A DNA stretch of 64,000 nucleotides. Origin: a virus. The DNA lies in the IMG/VR virus record IMGVR_UViG_3300045988_144812, positions 64,001 through 128,000 of that record; one strand, 5' to 3'. This document shows positions 1-8,441 of the stretch, one piece after another. Within the stretch, counting starts at the first letter, position 1. The number at the start of each line of letters is the position of its first letter. The position numbers were made by a program, and so were the translations under genes. A model generated the notes under the pieces. The model had not been told where the DNA came from, ran no database searches, and worked only from the letters and a program-made list of their open reading frames with translations.

Positions 1-549
1 GACACTTATGCCAATATCGATCTTCCTAATAAAGCCGATATCTTGGTAGGTATCATGAATTCTAGTAATCCTACTGCTTATCGTAATCTTGATGCGATCA
101 CTGAAAATGCAGAGGAACTTGCTCGTCATGGTCAGTTGGTTTTGGCTACTGTAAATACCATTGATAAAACTCGTTTGGCTGCTCGTACATTTGATGCAAT
201 CACTTCGAGTATTCTGGCATTGGTAGAAAATACTTTTAACGATGAACATGCTGAGTTAAAAGCAGTCATTGAAGAAATGCCAGTATTGGAATATCGTGGT
301 AAGATTAACCAATTCCTGAATAACTATTATCCAGGTAATCGTATTTTGGATGTTGACTTGGCTTATGTTGTTTCTGACACTGTATGCGAATTATTCTTCA
401 AAGACACTATGGCTAGTTTGATTCTGAAACACCTTATCGTTGCTGAATCTTCTAAACAAGATTTAGATACTTCTACTGTTGTTTCTACTGCCATTATTAA
501 CATTCTTGTTGAATGGGTAGCTGGTCAGATTGAGATTGTAAAAGGTTAA
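1..549 (+). CDS. hypothetical protein, C-terminal part (5' end lies outside the window)
   Basis: Frame 1 is open from nt 1 to the stop at 547-549. The next gene follows with its own RBS. Confidence 0.6.
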   Translation, partial: DTYANIDLPNKADILVGIMNSSNPTAYRNLDAITENAEELARHGQLVLATVNTIDKTRLAARTFDAITSSILALVENTFNDEHAELKAVIEEMPVLEYRGKINQFLNNYYPGNRILDVDLAYVVSDTVCELFFKDTMASLILKHLIVAESSKQDLDTSTVVSTAIINILVEWVAGQIEIVKG

Positions 550-568
550 TTAAGGAAAGAGACCTACC

Positions 569-1285
569 ATGAGATACGGTATTCGTAATAAAGATAAAAT
601 TATGGCTTCTTTAAAAGAAGTTAATAACCAATTAATTACGACCACAGGATGTAAGATTATATTTCCAGTTCGTTACGAGATGGTAGGTCTTGCTCGTGTT
701 GGTAGTGATACACAATTTTATAGTTTGTTTTTAATTACCAACCCAGATGAAACACATTATGCTATTTTTAACTGTATGGCTAGTGTTCATTCTGATCCTG
801 ACGCAATTAACGTCATCACTATTGATGATGAAAAATACTACGAATTAACTTACGACCCAGGCAGTGTTATCATTAAAAGTCTGGTCGTCGTACGTGAAGA
901 TAAACTAATTGGTAAATCCTATAAAGAATTTGTCACTAAAGGTAAAGTGCCGTTCTTCATCTCTTATGCAGATATGGGACGGGTATTTTCACAAACTGGT
1001 AAATATGCTGGTAAGTCTATTGGTGACACATTTGAATCATTGGCGATTCCTATTAGTATTATCGCACGAAATCCAAATAACATCAATCAGTATTATCGTG
1101 AAATATTGAATGATATCGATCCCGATAAAGTCATGCCTGTATTTGTTCCTGCTTCGTCTGTTAACTTCAGTGCTTCTTCAGCATTGACTAAACTGACAGG
1201 TAGCTATTTCTATACGGGTGTTGTTTCTTCTTTGTGTAACCCTACTTCACAAACAGAATTGATCGATCACGTATTAAGATATTAG
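569..1285 (+). CDS. hypothetical protein (possibly head morphogenesis, by position)
   Basis: ATG preceded by AAGGAAAG; 238 aa; lies directly upstream of the prohead protease-like gene. Confidence 0.7.
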   Translation: MRYGIRNKDKIMASLKEVNNQLITTTGCKIIFPVRYEMVGLARVGSDTQFYSLFLITNPDETHYAIFNCMASVHSDPDAINVITIDDEKYYELTYDPGSVIIKSLVVVREDKLIGKSYKEFVTKGKVPFFISYADMGRVFSQTGKYAGKSIGDTFESLAIPISIIARNPNNINQYYREILNDIDPDKVMPVFVPASSVNFSASSALTKLTGSYFYTGVVSSLCNPTSQTELIDHVLRY

Positions 1286-1305
1286 AATAAGAAAGTGTTG
1301 TAGAC

Positions 1306-2103
1306 ATGTCTAACTTTGTTTATCGTTGTACCCGTTTAGATGGTACGGATAAGAAGGGTGTTCTTACTCCTGATGAAAATGGTTATTATACTATTTGTGT
1401 TGGTGCTTTAGACCATAAATCAAAAAACATCAATCCTAAAACAGGTGAAAATGAATACTATTCTTCTTTAGGAGCCGATAAGTTCTTTGCTCCTGGTACT
1501 TTATTTAACCAGCGTATTGCTGGTGGTTTTATTAAAGCAGAATACGGCCATCCTTCTAAACAGCCAGGTCAAACAGACATGGAATTCCTAGAACGAAATA
1601 TTCGTATCGATGAAAAATCTGTTTGTGGTGTGTTTGGTGAGATCTGGTTGGTTCCTGATTATGTCGATCCATTGACTAACGAAAAATGTGTCGGCATTAT
1701 GGCTAAAGTAAAACCAGCTGGCCCTTATGGTAAATTCTTAGAAGAGGATTTGAAAACCAAAGGCATGAATGTATGTTTCAGTATTCGTTCTCTGACTACA
1801 CGTCAAGTAATTAATGGTAAAAACTGCAAAGTATTGCATACCGTAATCACTTTTGATTATGTGAATGAACCTGGCATCACTTGTGCTGAAAAATTGGTTT
1901 CTCCTTCATTGGAATCTAATAACCCAGTACAAGCAATTATTAACCAAGGCGGTCAGGACGTAGAAGTTACTCCATCTTCAGCACGTCGACTATTGACAAA
2001 TAATGTCGTTTCTGCTGAGTCCGGCACAGTGTCTATTCTGTCAGACATTGCTAAAATGGATACGGTGACTTCTAAAAAACAACCTGTCTTTGTTAACTGG
2101 TAA
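1306..2103 (+). CDS. prohead protease, T4 gp21 / phiKZ gp175-like (S77-type)
   Basis: AEYGHP resembles the GELNHP His motif of T4 gp21. CFSIRSL resembles GVSSRGL, the catalytic Ser motif. Both occur in the expected order and spacing. Recognised from memory, not searched. Confidence 0.55.
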   Translation: MSNFVYRCTRLDGTDKKGVLTPDENGYYTICVGALDHKSKNINPKTGENEYYSSLGADKFFAPGTLFNQRIAGGFIKAEYGHPSKQPGQTDMEFLERNIRIDEKSVCGVFGEIWLVPDYVDPLTNEKCVGIMAKVKPAGPYGKFLEEDLKTKGMNVCFSIRSLTTRQVINGKNCKVLHTVITFDYVNEPGITCAEKLVSPSLESNNPVQAIINQGGQDVEVTPSSARRLLTNNVVSAESGTVSILSDIAKMDTVTSKKQPVFVNW

Positions 2104-2127
2104 TATTGATAAAAAGGATGAATCGAA

Positions 2128-2721
2128 ATGAAGATTAATCCTAATCTTACCGAAGAGGAAAACTTACTCCGACACATAAACGAAAGGGGCGAGTTTCCTC
2201 TTACTTTCCGAGATATTACTATTGGTCGTCCTGAGACTTTATTAAGACAAAGTTTAAGAGTGACTAAAGAAGATGTTCGACTTAAGCGATTCGATACAGT
2301 CGTCAAGAATACACGAGTCTTATTGAAAGTTTCTCCTAATTCTAAAAGATGGAAAGGACAAGTATATATCCAACCATACCGACGAATTCATGTAGGTGCA
2401 CAATGGTGGAAATACGCTGATAGGATTCTCACTCAAGATGGTAATTACGTAGTGACTACTAATACGTATAAGTATCGTACTCCTACAATCGATGAGTTGA
2501 ACGATTCTATTTTGAATGTCGTTCGTTATAGAAAAGAATCTTTAAAGGTAGAAGTCCTTTCTTTTCAAGATAATGGTTTTCAATACGATACCGGAAGGAT
2601 TCGTATCAGACCAATAGAAAATTCTTTATTGTATATTGGTGTCCAAGAATTTGATGTGGTTTATAAACCGATATCGTTTGCTCCTGCTGCATTAAATGGT
2701 TTTGATGGATATTTGCCTTAA
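2128..2721 (+). CDS. hypothetical protein
   Basis: RBS AAAAGGA precedes the ATG; 197 aa. Confidence 0.7.
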   Translation: MKINPNLTEEENLLRHINERGEFPLTFRDITIGRPETLLRQSLRVTKEDVRLKRFDTVVKNTRVLLKVSPNSKRWKGQVYIQPYRRIHVGAQWWKYADRILTQDGNYVVTTNTYKYRTPTIDELNDSILNVVRYRKESLKVEVLSFQDNGFQYDTGRIRIRPIENSLLYIGVQEFDVVYKPISFAPAALNGFDGYLP

Positions 2722-2750
2722 AGTTACGTTATTTAAAAATAATACAGAAC

Positions 2751-2768
2751 TATATTATTAAGTTGAAG
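2751..2768 (+). promoter_or_regulatory. recurrent AT-rich promoter-like motif (TATAyTATTAAnnTGAA class)
   Basis: TATATTATTAAGTTGAAG, upstream of 2841. Confidence 0.45.
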
Positions 2769-2840
2769 GTAAGACAATCAAGTTTATCCTTCTACATGTA
2801 GAAGTACTTATTTTTATTTAACCTAAAAAGGAAAGTTATT

Positions 2841-3335
2841 ATGTCTATTAAAGATACCACCCGCGAACTCGCCGATCTGATTCAGAAAGACTATCTGGTA
2901 TATAATCCAGAATCTCAAAATCTGGAAACCAAGAAAGGTGCCATTGACGCAGTGATCAAACACACCGGTGCTGCAGTTACTGAAAAAGAAATGGATGCCG
3001 TATTCGGTTTGACCAACCAATTCGTAGCTGCGACTGCTTTGGCTACTGGTGAGCTGGGTGTAGAAACCATGGCTAAACACAAAGAAATTGAATCTTTGTC
3101 TGCTAAGTTTGACATCGCCAAAGGCGTGCATACCGAACACATCGTTACTCGCGATTATGTTTCACGCACTCCTCCGCAAACCAAAGGCGGCGAAGCAACA
3201 GAAACCATTAAGCATGGTCGCGTGGAGTCTACACTGACTATTCGCGACAACAAAGATGCTCGTGGTCGCAATGGTGAACACAAACACATCCGTAATCATG
3301 TGTATGATTTGGGTGCCGAAAAACTCGGTAAATAA
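2841..3335 (+). CDS. hypothetical protein, probably abundant
   Basis: Own promoter motif, RBS AAAAGGAAAG and terminator. G+C-richer, with the cgt/ggt/acc codon choice seen in the structural genes here. Confidence 0.8.
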   Translation: MSIKDTTRELADLIQKDYLVYNPESQNLETKKGAIDAVIKHTGAAVTEKEMDAVFGLTNQFVAATALATGELGVETMAKHKEIESLSAKFDIAKGVHTEHIVTRDYVSRTPPQTKGGEATETIKHGRVESTLTIRDNKDARGRNGEHKHIRNHVYDLGAEKLGK

Positions 3336-3341
3336 TATTAG

Positions 3342-3385
3342 TACTCCTCTACCTAATGAAGGTAGAGGGGTATTTCTATTTTTGC
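3342..3385 (+). terminator. intrinsic terminator
   Basis: TACTCCTCTACC-loop-GGTAGAGGGGTA followed by a T-rich tract. Confidence 0.75.
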
Positions 3386-3423
3386 TTTTATTTTTTTTAC
3401 TCTATATTTAAAGGAAATGAATC

Positions 3424-4278
3424 ATGAACATAAGATCCAAAATAATTAAGCTTAGGGATACAAAATACGAATTGGTTAAAGATGATTCTGATATCGTGGA
3501 AGGACGTACGCTTTATCGCATCAAAGCTTTGAAAGATTTTGGTTGTGTTAAAACTGATGATCTTGGTGGTTATATTGAGAAAGAAGAAAATCTTTCTCAT
3601 GAAGGAAATTGTTGGGTAGCTGGAAATGCTAAGGTATATGGTGATGCTACAGTAATTGAAAATGCTCTTGTTTCTGATGGTGCCATTGTTAAAGATAGGG
3701 CGATCATTGGAGATATGGCTTTTATTGGGGATGGAGCCGTTATTTCTAATAAAGCATATATTCGCGGGATGGCTATCGTTGTTGAAAATGCTAAAGTAGG
3801 TGGTGAAGTAGACGTCTCTGATAACTCCTATATTGATGGAAATGCTTTTATTAAAGGTGAGGGTTTTGTTTGTAGTAATACCTATATTGGTGGTGATACT
3901 GATATTGATGGTAATTTCGAAATAAGTAGTTGTACAATTACCGGTGGACAAATTAATGGCACTAACGTGGTTATCAATGACGGATCTTCTATCTTTAGTG
4001 GTACTAATATCACTGGTAATGTTACTGTAAACGGTAGTGCTGTTATTAACTTTAAGTTAGAACACACAACTGATTACTTCACCTATCGTGATCCGGCCCG
4101 ACCACATGTAATTGTTACCGCTGCGATGAAAGAAGACATTTGGAATGTTGGTGGGTTCTCTGGAACTGCTAAAGAATTCATCGAATATGGCTACAACATG
4201 ACCGATACTAATGGTAAATCTAATGAAGAAATGGTTGAATACCATAACAATTTAAAATCTAAATACTGGGGTAAATAA
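3424..4278 (+). CDS. beta-helix repeat protein (hexapeptide/bactofilin-like repeats), paralog 1
   Basis: Long run of short G-x-A/V-x-V/I repeats (GNAKVYGDATVIENALVSDGAIVKDRAIIGD...). Confidence 0.7.
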   Translation: MNIRSKIIKLRDTKYELVKDDSDIVEGRTLYRIKALKDFGCVKTDDLGGYIEKEENLSHEGNCWVAGNAKVYGDATVIENALVSDGAIVKDRAIIGDMAFIGDGAVISNKAYIRGMAIVVENAKVGGEVDVSDNSYIDGNAFIKGEGFVCSNTYIGGDTDIDGNFEISSCTITGGQINGTNVVINDGSSIFSGTNITGNVTVNGSAVINFKLEHTTDYFTYRDPARPHVIVTAAMKEDIWNVGGFSGTAKEFIEYGYNMTDTNGKSNEEMVEYHNNLKSKYWGK

Positions 4279-4279
4279 G

Positions 4280-5113
4280 ATGGCTACTAAAAAAGAGAAC
4301 ACTAAAAAGTTCGAATTGGTTGAAAACTTGACCCTTTATTACAATGGCGGTCTTTTGTATCGTATTCGAGCATTGAAAAATTTTGGAGATGTTAAGAAAG
4401 GCGACATTGGTGGTTGGGTAGAATCAGAAAAGAACTTATCTCAAAAAGGTCTTTGTTGGATCTACGACGATGCGAAAGTAAGTGCTAAAGCACGCGTATC
4501 TGAAAATGCTCGTGTAATGGATTTAGCTGTTGTAGATTCTAATGCGCGTGTTCATGGTACGGCTGGCGTTTGTGATCTTTCCCATGTTACTGACTATGCA
4601 ACGGTTAGAGGAAATTCTATTGTAAGAGATAAATCATGTGTGATGGAATTTGGTTTAGTAGACGACCATGCCTTTTTATACGATAGGGCAACTGTATCTG
4701 GCCGTGCACAAGTAGTTGGATTTGCTCGTATTTGCGATGACACTCGAGTGACTAATGGTTCTATTGTAAGTGGTAATTCATTTATCGTCGGTAATGGATA
4801 TATTGGTGGTGACGTTATTGTCAATGGACATGAACGAATTGACTTTACCGTTATTCGATCAACTGACTACGTTACTTATAAGGATCCTTTTGTTGATGAT
4901 GTTTACTACACTGCGAGTACATCTCGGGATATCTGGCTAAGTAATGATAACAATGCCTGGGCAAATAGTGGTAGAGGTATTTCATCAGAATCTTTCATTG
5001 GTCGATGTATCGGTACGTATGAAAGTAATACTAATGAATATTTACCTATCTCTCGAGCAGACTATATTAAAGGTATTGTGGAAAACCACAAGAAACTTTT
5101 TAATATAGATTAA
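4280..5113 (+). CDS. beta-helix repeat protein, paralog 2
   Basis: Same architecture and the same LYRI(K/R)ALK(D/N)FG motif as 3424-4278. Translationally coupled to it (TAAGATG). Confidence 0.7.
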   Translation: MATKKENTKKFELVENLTLYYNGGLLYRIRALKNFGDVKKGDIGGWVESEKNLSQKGLCWIYDDAKVSAKARVSENARVMDLAVVDSNARVHGTAGVCDLSHVTDYATVRGNSIVRDKSCVMEFGLVDDHAFLYDRATVSGRAQVVGFARICDDTRVTNGSIVSGNSFIVGNGYIGGDVIVNGHERIDFTVIRSTDYVTYKDPFVDDVYYTASTSRDIWLSNDNNAWANSGRGISSESFIGRCIGTYESNTNEYLPISRADYIKGIVENHKKLFNID

Positions 5114-5127
5114 TACATTAATTAGAT

Positions 5128-5167
5128 ACTCTCTTACCATTACAGGTAAGAGAGTGTTTCTTTTTTG
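5128..5167 (+). terminator. intrinsic terminator
   Basis: ACTCTCTTACC/GGTAAGAGAGT followed by TTTCTTTTTT. Confidence 0.8.
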
Positions 5168-5186
5168 TATTCTAAAAAATCTCAGA

Positions 5187-5207
5187 TATATACTATTAAC
5201 GTGAACC
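5187..5207 (+). promoter_or_regulatory. promoter-like motif
   Basis: TATATACTATTAACGTGAACC, after a terminator and upstream of 5262. Confidence 0.5.
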
Positions 5208-5261
5208 TGGGAAGGAAATCTTCCTATCTTATTCATCTTAACCTTGTAAAGGAGTTTTATC

Positions 5262-5735
5262 ATGTTGAACAATATTCTGAAATTTGTTATTGGTGGTGCA
5301 GTAGTAGTTGGCGTAATCGCTGCTATCGATGCAGTGAAAGAAGCCAACGAAGCTGCTAAAAAAGCAGCAGATGCAAAAGTCGATGCGGAGTTACGCCGCG
5401 TCGAGCGAGCAATCGATGCAGAGTTTAAACGGACTCAAGAAGAGTTCGTTAAAGCTCGAGAAGAGTTGGATCCAACGATCCACTCAATCAGTGAAGACTA
5501 CGCGAAAGCGTGTCTTCGCCAGTACGGCATGGTACTCTCCATGCTAAAAGCCAGCCCAGATAACGAGATCGTTCTGGGTATGGCCGCAGAGCGCCGTCGC
5601 AATCTGTTCGAAGTCCAACGCGACTTCGCAGTGCGCTTTGCAAATACTGGCCTCGAGTCAGTAGACCTCGCAAGAGGTTACACCGATCAGGAAGTGATCG
5701 ATTTGGTTAAGCGTGAGTTGGCAGCTCGTGCTTAA
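5262..5735 (+). CDS. membrane-anchored Ala/Glu-rich coiled-coil protein
   Basis: N-terminal hydrophobic helix FVIGGAVVVGVIAAI. Own promoter, RBS and terminator. Visibly G+C-richer than its neighbours. Confidence 0.7.
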   Translation: MLNNILKFVIGGAVVVGVIAAIDAVKEANEAAKKAADAKVDAELRRVERAIDAEFKRTQEEFVKAREELDPTIHSISEDYAKACLRQYGMVLSMLKASPDNEIVLGMAAERRRNLFEVQRDFAVRFANTGLESVDLARGYTDQEVIDLVKRELAARA

Positions 5736-5744
5736 TTAACAACG

Positions 5745-5775
5745 CCCTAGTACCAATAGTGGTACTAGGGTTTTC
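5745..5775 (+). terminator. intrinsic terminator
   Basis: CCCTAGTACC/GGTACTAGGG followed by TTTT. Confidence 0.7.
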
Positions 5776-5804
5776 TATTCTAACTTTGTAAAAGGAATTG
5801 TATC

Positions 5805-6257
5805 ATGTGTAAATTCAATAAAGAACTGAAAAACGAATTGGTTGAAGCTCTCGGCCTCACTGAGGAACAATTAGAACTGCTCGACGAAAGCAAGTTCGAT
5901 GATCTCTTAACCCAAGCGATCAAGAAAAACCTCGACCAATCTGAACAATCTGAAACTGAATCTCAAACTGAAAAGGAAACTGAAATGAATGTTGTAAACG
6001 CTATCGAAACCCCTGTTGTTGAAACTCCAGCTGAAACTACTATTGCTTCTACTACTCTGGCAAAAGTGAAAAGCCCTGCTGCTCGCAAAGCAATTAGCAT
6101 CTTCGCTAAAGTAGCCGCAGGCGTACTCTTCGGTGGTGCATGTGCAGTAGCCGGTGCAGCTCACCACAAAGAGGTGAACAAAACCATTAAGAAAGCCCGC
6201 AAAAAAGTGGGCAAAGTGATTCCAGCTCTCGCTCCAAAACCTTGGTATAAATTCTAA
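5805..6257 (+). CDS. acidic protein with a C-terminal membrane helix
   Basis: RBS AAAAGGA; hydrophobic helix AKVAAGVLFGGACAVAGAA; terminator at 6269-6307. Confidence 0.65.
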   Translation: MCKFNKELKNELVEALGLTEEQLELLDESKFDDLLTQAIKKNLDQSEQSETESQTEKETEMNVVNAIETPVVETPAETTIASTTLAKVKSPAARKAISIFAKVAAGVLFGGACAVAGAAHHKEVNKTIKKARKKVGKVIPALAPKPWYKF

Positions 6258-6268
6258 GGTTCAAGAAA

Positions 6269-6307
6269 GAAACTCCTCTCCCCAAAAGGGAGGAGTTTCT
6301 TTTTTTG
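6269..6307 (+). terminator. intrinsic terminator
   Basis: AAACTCCTCTCCCC/GGGAGGAGTTT followed by a T-run. Confidence 0.8.
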
Positions 6308-6350
6308 TTTCTATTCTATCTTTTGATATTTTTTAGTAAAGGAAATTAAC

Positions 6351-6998
6351 ATGTACTTGTCTGATAACCAAATCATTGGCTCTTCTTTAAACTCTGAAAA
6401 ACCACTCATTAAACCTTTCTCCCCAGGTAGAGAAATCGTTTACGTAAATGACGAAACCAAAAACATCTCTCATGGTTTATCTCAAAATGGATACGATATC
6501 CGATTGGGTTCTGATGTAGAATTTTTTATCTCTGGTAGCCACACTCAAAACTCGGACGATACCAGTACACGTTTAGATCCATTTGGTACTAAGAATGTAT
6601 TAACTGCCCGTATGGATCCGTACAAAAAAGAATTGGTTAATTACAAAGACTATAAAGGCAATATTAGTCAAAAAGAAGTAAAGTGCTGGTTAATCCATCC
6701 TGGTCAATTTGTACTGGCTCATTCTTTAGAAAAATTCTGCATTCCTGAAAATGTCACTGGTTTCTTATTCTGTAAAAGTAGTTATGCTCGCTTGGGAATG
6801 AATATGGCCCCTACTGTTTTGAAATCAGGTTGGGAGGGCCAGTTGGTATTAGAAATTTATAACCAAACAAACCATGCATTAATGATCTACGAAGGTTGTG
6901 GTATTGGTACAATTTACTTTGCAGAACACCATGAAAGTACCAATGATCCTTATAAAGGAAAGTATCATCATCAAGAAGGTGTCGTAAAGGCTCGATAA
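6351..6998 (+). CDS. dcd: dCTP deaminase / dUTPase-superfamily enzyme
   Basis: GYDIRLG, KSSYARLGM and GWEGQLVLEIYN motifs, typical of Dcd-family trimeric dUTPase-fold enzymes. Confidence 0.8.
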   Translation: MYLSDNQIIGSSLNSEKPLIKPFSPGREIVYVNDETKNISHGLSQNGYDIRLGSDVEFFISGSHTQNSDDTSTRLDPFGTKNVLTARMDPYKKELVNYKDYKGNISQKEVKCWLIHPGQFVLAHSLEKFCIPENVTGFLFCKSSYARLGMNMAPTVLKSGWEGQLVLEIYNQTNHALMIYEGCGIGTIYFAEHHESTNDPYKGKYHHQEGVVKAR

Positions 6999-7414
6999 TG
7001 AGTAAATACACGTGGTCTAGGTTCGGTGGGTACGAATGTTCATCTAAGGGAGATAAGCGCTTCAGCGCGTTCTATGCGCGTTTAAACGATGGTCTCTCTA
7101 TTGAGCATCATTTCCAATGTTTTATCAAAGGCTATTCTTCTATTGAAGAAGGAAAAGGAAACCCACCTTTAAGAGAAATGCCTATCGAGGAAAGCTATCG
7201 TCTTTATAAGGAATTATGGAGACAATATTTAGATAGCAAACCTTGGTTATGGATTGAATTGAAAAACAATGTAGAAAGGTGTAATAGCACTGTTTCGGAT
7301 ATGTTTGGTACTGGTGAAATAAATCAAGCAAGAGCTTTGTGTGATTTATTAAATGAGAGATTTACTGATGATGATTTCAGTGGTTTCGAGGTACTAAGTT
7401 TATTTAAGGAGTAA
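6998..7414 (+). CDS. NADAR (YbiA/DUF1768)-like protein
   Basis: RFSAFYARLNDGLSIEHHFQ resembles FSNF...DG....SEHYFQ. DMFGTGEINQARALCDLLNER resembles D.YWG.G...N.LG.LLM.LR of E. coli YbiA. By eye only. Confidence 0.5.
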   Translation: MSKYTWSRFGGYECSSKGDKRFSAFYARLNDGLSIEHHFQCFIKGYSSIEEGKGNPPLREMPIEESYRLYKELWRQYLDSKPWLWIELKNNVERCNSTVSDMFGTGEINQARALCDLLNERFTDDDFSGFEVLSLFKE

Positions 7415-7417
7415 TTA

Positions 7418-7807
7418 ATGAATACTTTATCAGAAGCAGCAAGACGTTTTATCGGAGACATCCATTCTTTAGCCAAGTGTTTTGAAAGTGGTGCTAAGTT
7501 TAGTGGTTTCACTATGCCGATCACCATTATTGATACATGTGTTACACCTTCTCGTTCTTTTAATCCATTTCGATATGGTGGTACCTACTTTATTGTTATT
7601 AATAATAAAGTAAGTTTCCTTTATCGGAAAAAAGGTTTGTTTACTCTTGGATCTTATGTAGATGCAGTTGAAGGTATTGAATTATCAAAACAAGAACTGC
7701 ACTATGTTGCTTTAGAGATTGATAATCTTTTTAAAGCAATTAAGAAAAATGAGTATTACTCTAAAGAACTTGGAGACATTTATGTCATTAAAGATAATTG
7801 TATGTAA
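7418..7807 (+). CDS. hypothetical protein
   Basis: 129 aa; ATG 4 nt after the previous stop. Confidence 0.6.
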   Translation: MNTLSEAARRFIGDIHSLAKCFESGAKFSGFTMPITIIDTCVTPSRSFNPFRYGGTYFIVINNKVSFLYRKKGLFTLGSYVDAVEGIELSKQELHYVALEIDNLFKAIKKNEYYSKELGDIYVIKDNCM

Positions 7808-8351
7808 AAGCAGTAACGATGTTATCGGTATCAATAACAGCATTCCTTGGAATCTGCCTGAAGACTTGATTTACTTTAAAGAACAAACCAAGAATTCAGT
7901 AGTTGTCATGGGTCGTAATACTTGGGAAAGTCTACCCAACCGACCTTTACCTGATCGTATTAATGTCATTATTAGTAATAACCCATCTCGTTATTTCTTG
8001 AACGATGCTGAGTACGATGATCCAAGTATTAAGCATATTTTCCAACTGGATAATGATGATGCTTTTGCTGAGAAAATTCAGGAATTAGAAAAAGAACACG
8101 GAGACGTGTGGATTATTGGTGGACAGAAAGTTTACGATCTGGCTCTAGATGTTTTGGATTTTGATGAAATCCATGTCACGAACATCTTACGAGAAGTCGT
8201 TCCTGAAAATGAAAGCGATGAGGTTGCTTATTTCCCTATGGAAAAAGTATTAGCTAAATACATTCCTGAAGAAGAACATGCTGAAGTATTTACTTCAGTA
8301 CATCTTCCTGATCGCGAACGCTATACAATTACTCGTTATTTTCCTAAATAA
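7782..8351 (+). CDS. folA: dihydrofolate reductase
   Basis: IGINNSIPWNLPEDLIYFKEQT...VVMGRNTWESLP...PLPDRINVIIS...IIGGQKVY. The start was moved to the ATG giving MSLKIIV. Confidence 0.85.
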   Translation: MSLKIIVCKSSNDVIGINNSIPWNLPEDLIYFKEQTKNSVVVMGRNTWESLPNRPLPDRINVIISNNPSRYFLNDAEYDDPSIKHIFQLDNDDAFAEKIQELEKEHGDVWIIGGQKVYDLALDVLDFDEIHVTNILREVVPENESDEVAYFPMEKVLAKYIPEEEHAEVFTSVHLPDRERYTITRYFPK

Positions 8352-8357
8352 AAGAAT

Positions 8358-8398
8358 TACTCCTCTGCCCTTATGGGTGGAGGAGTATTTTCTTTTTT
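8358..8398 (+). terminator. intrinsic terminator
   Basis: TACTCCTCTGCCC/GGGTGGAGGAGTA followed by a T-run. Confidence 0.8.
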
Positions 8399-8441
8399 AG
8401 TTATTTTATCATCTGAACAATTAAATAAAAGGATGATGAAA

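Noticed and set aside
3397-4245. Minus-strand ORFs 3397-3951, 3882-4067 and 4057-4245
   Set aside because: They are antisense to the beta-helix repeat gene. Their repetitive Ile/Asn/Thr-rich translations and lack of RBS mark them as spurious.
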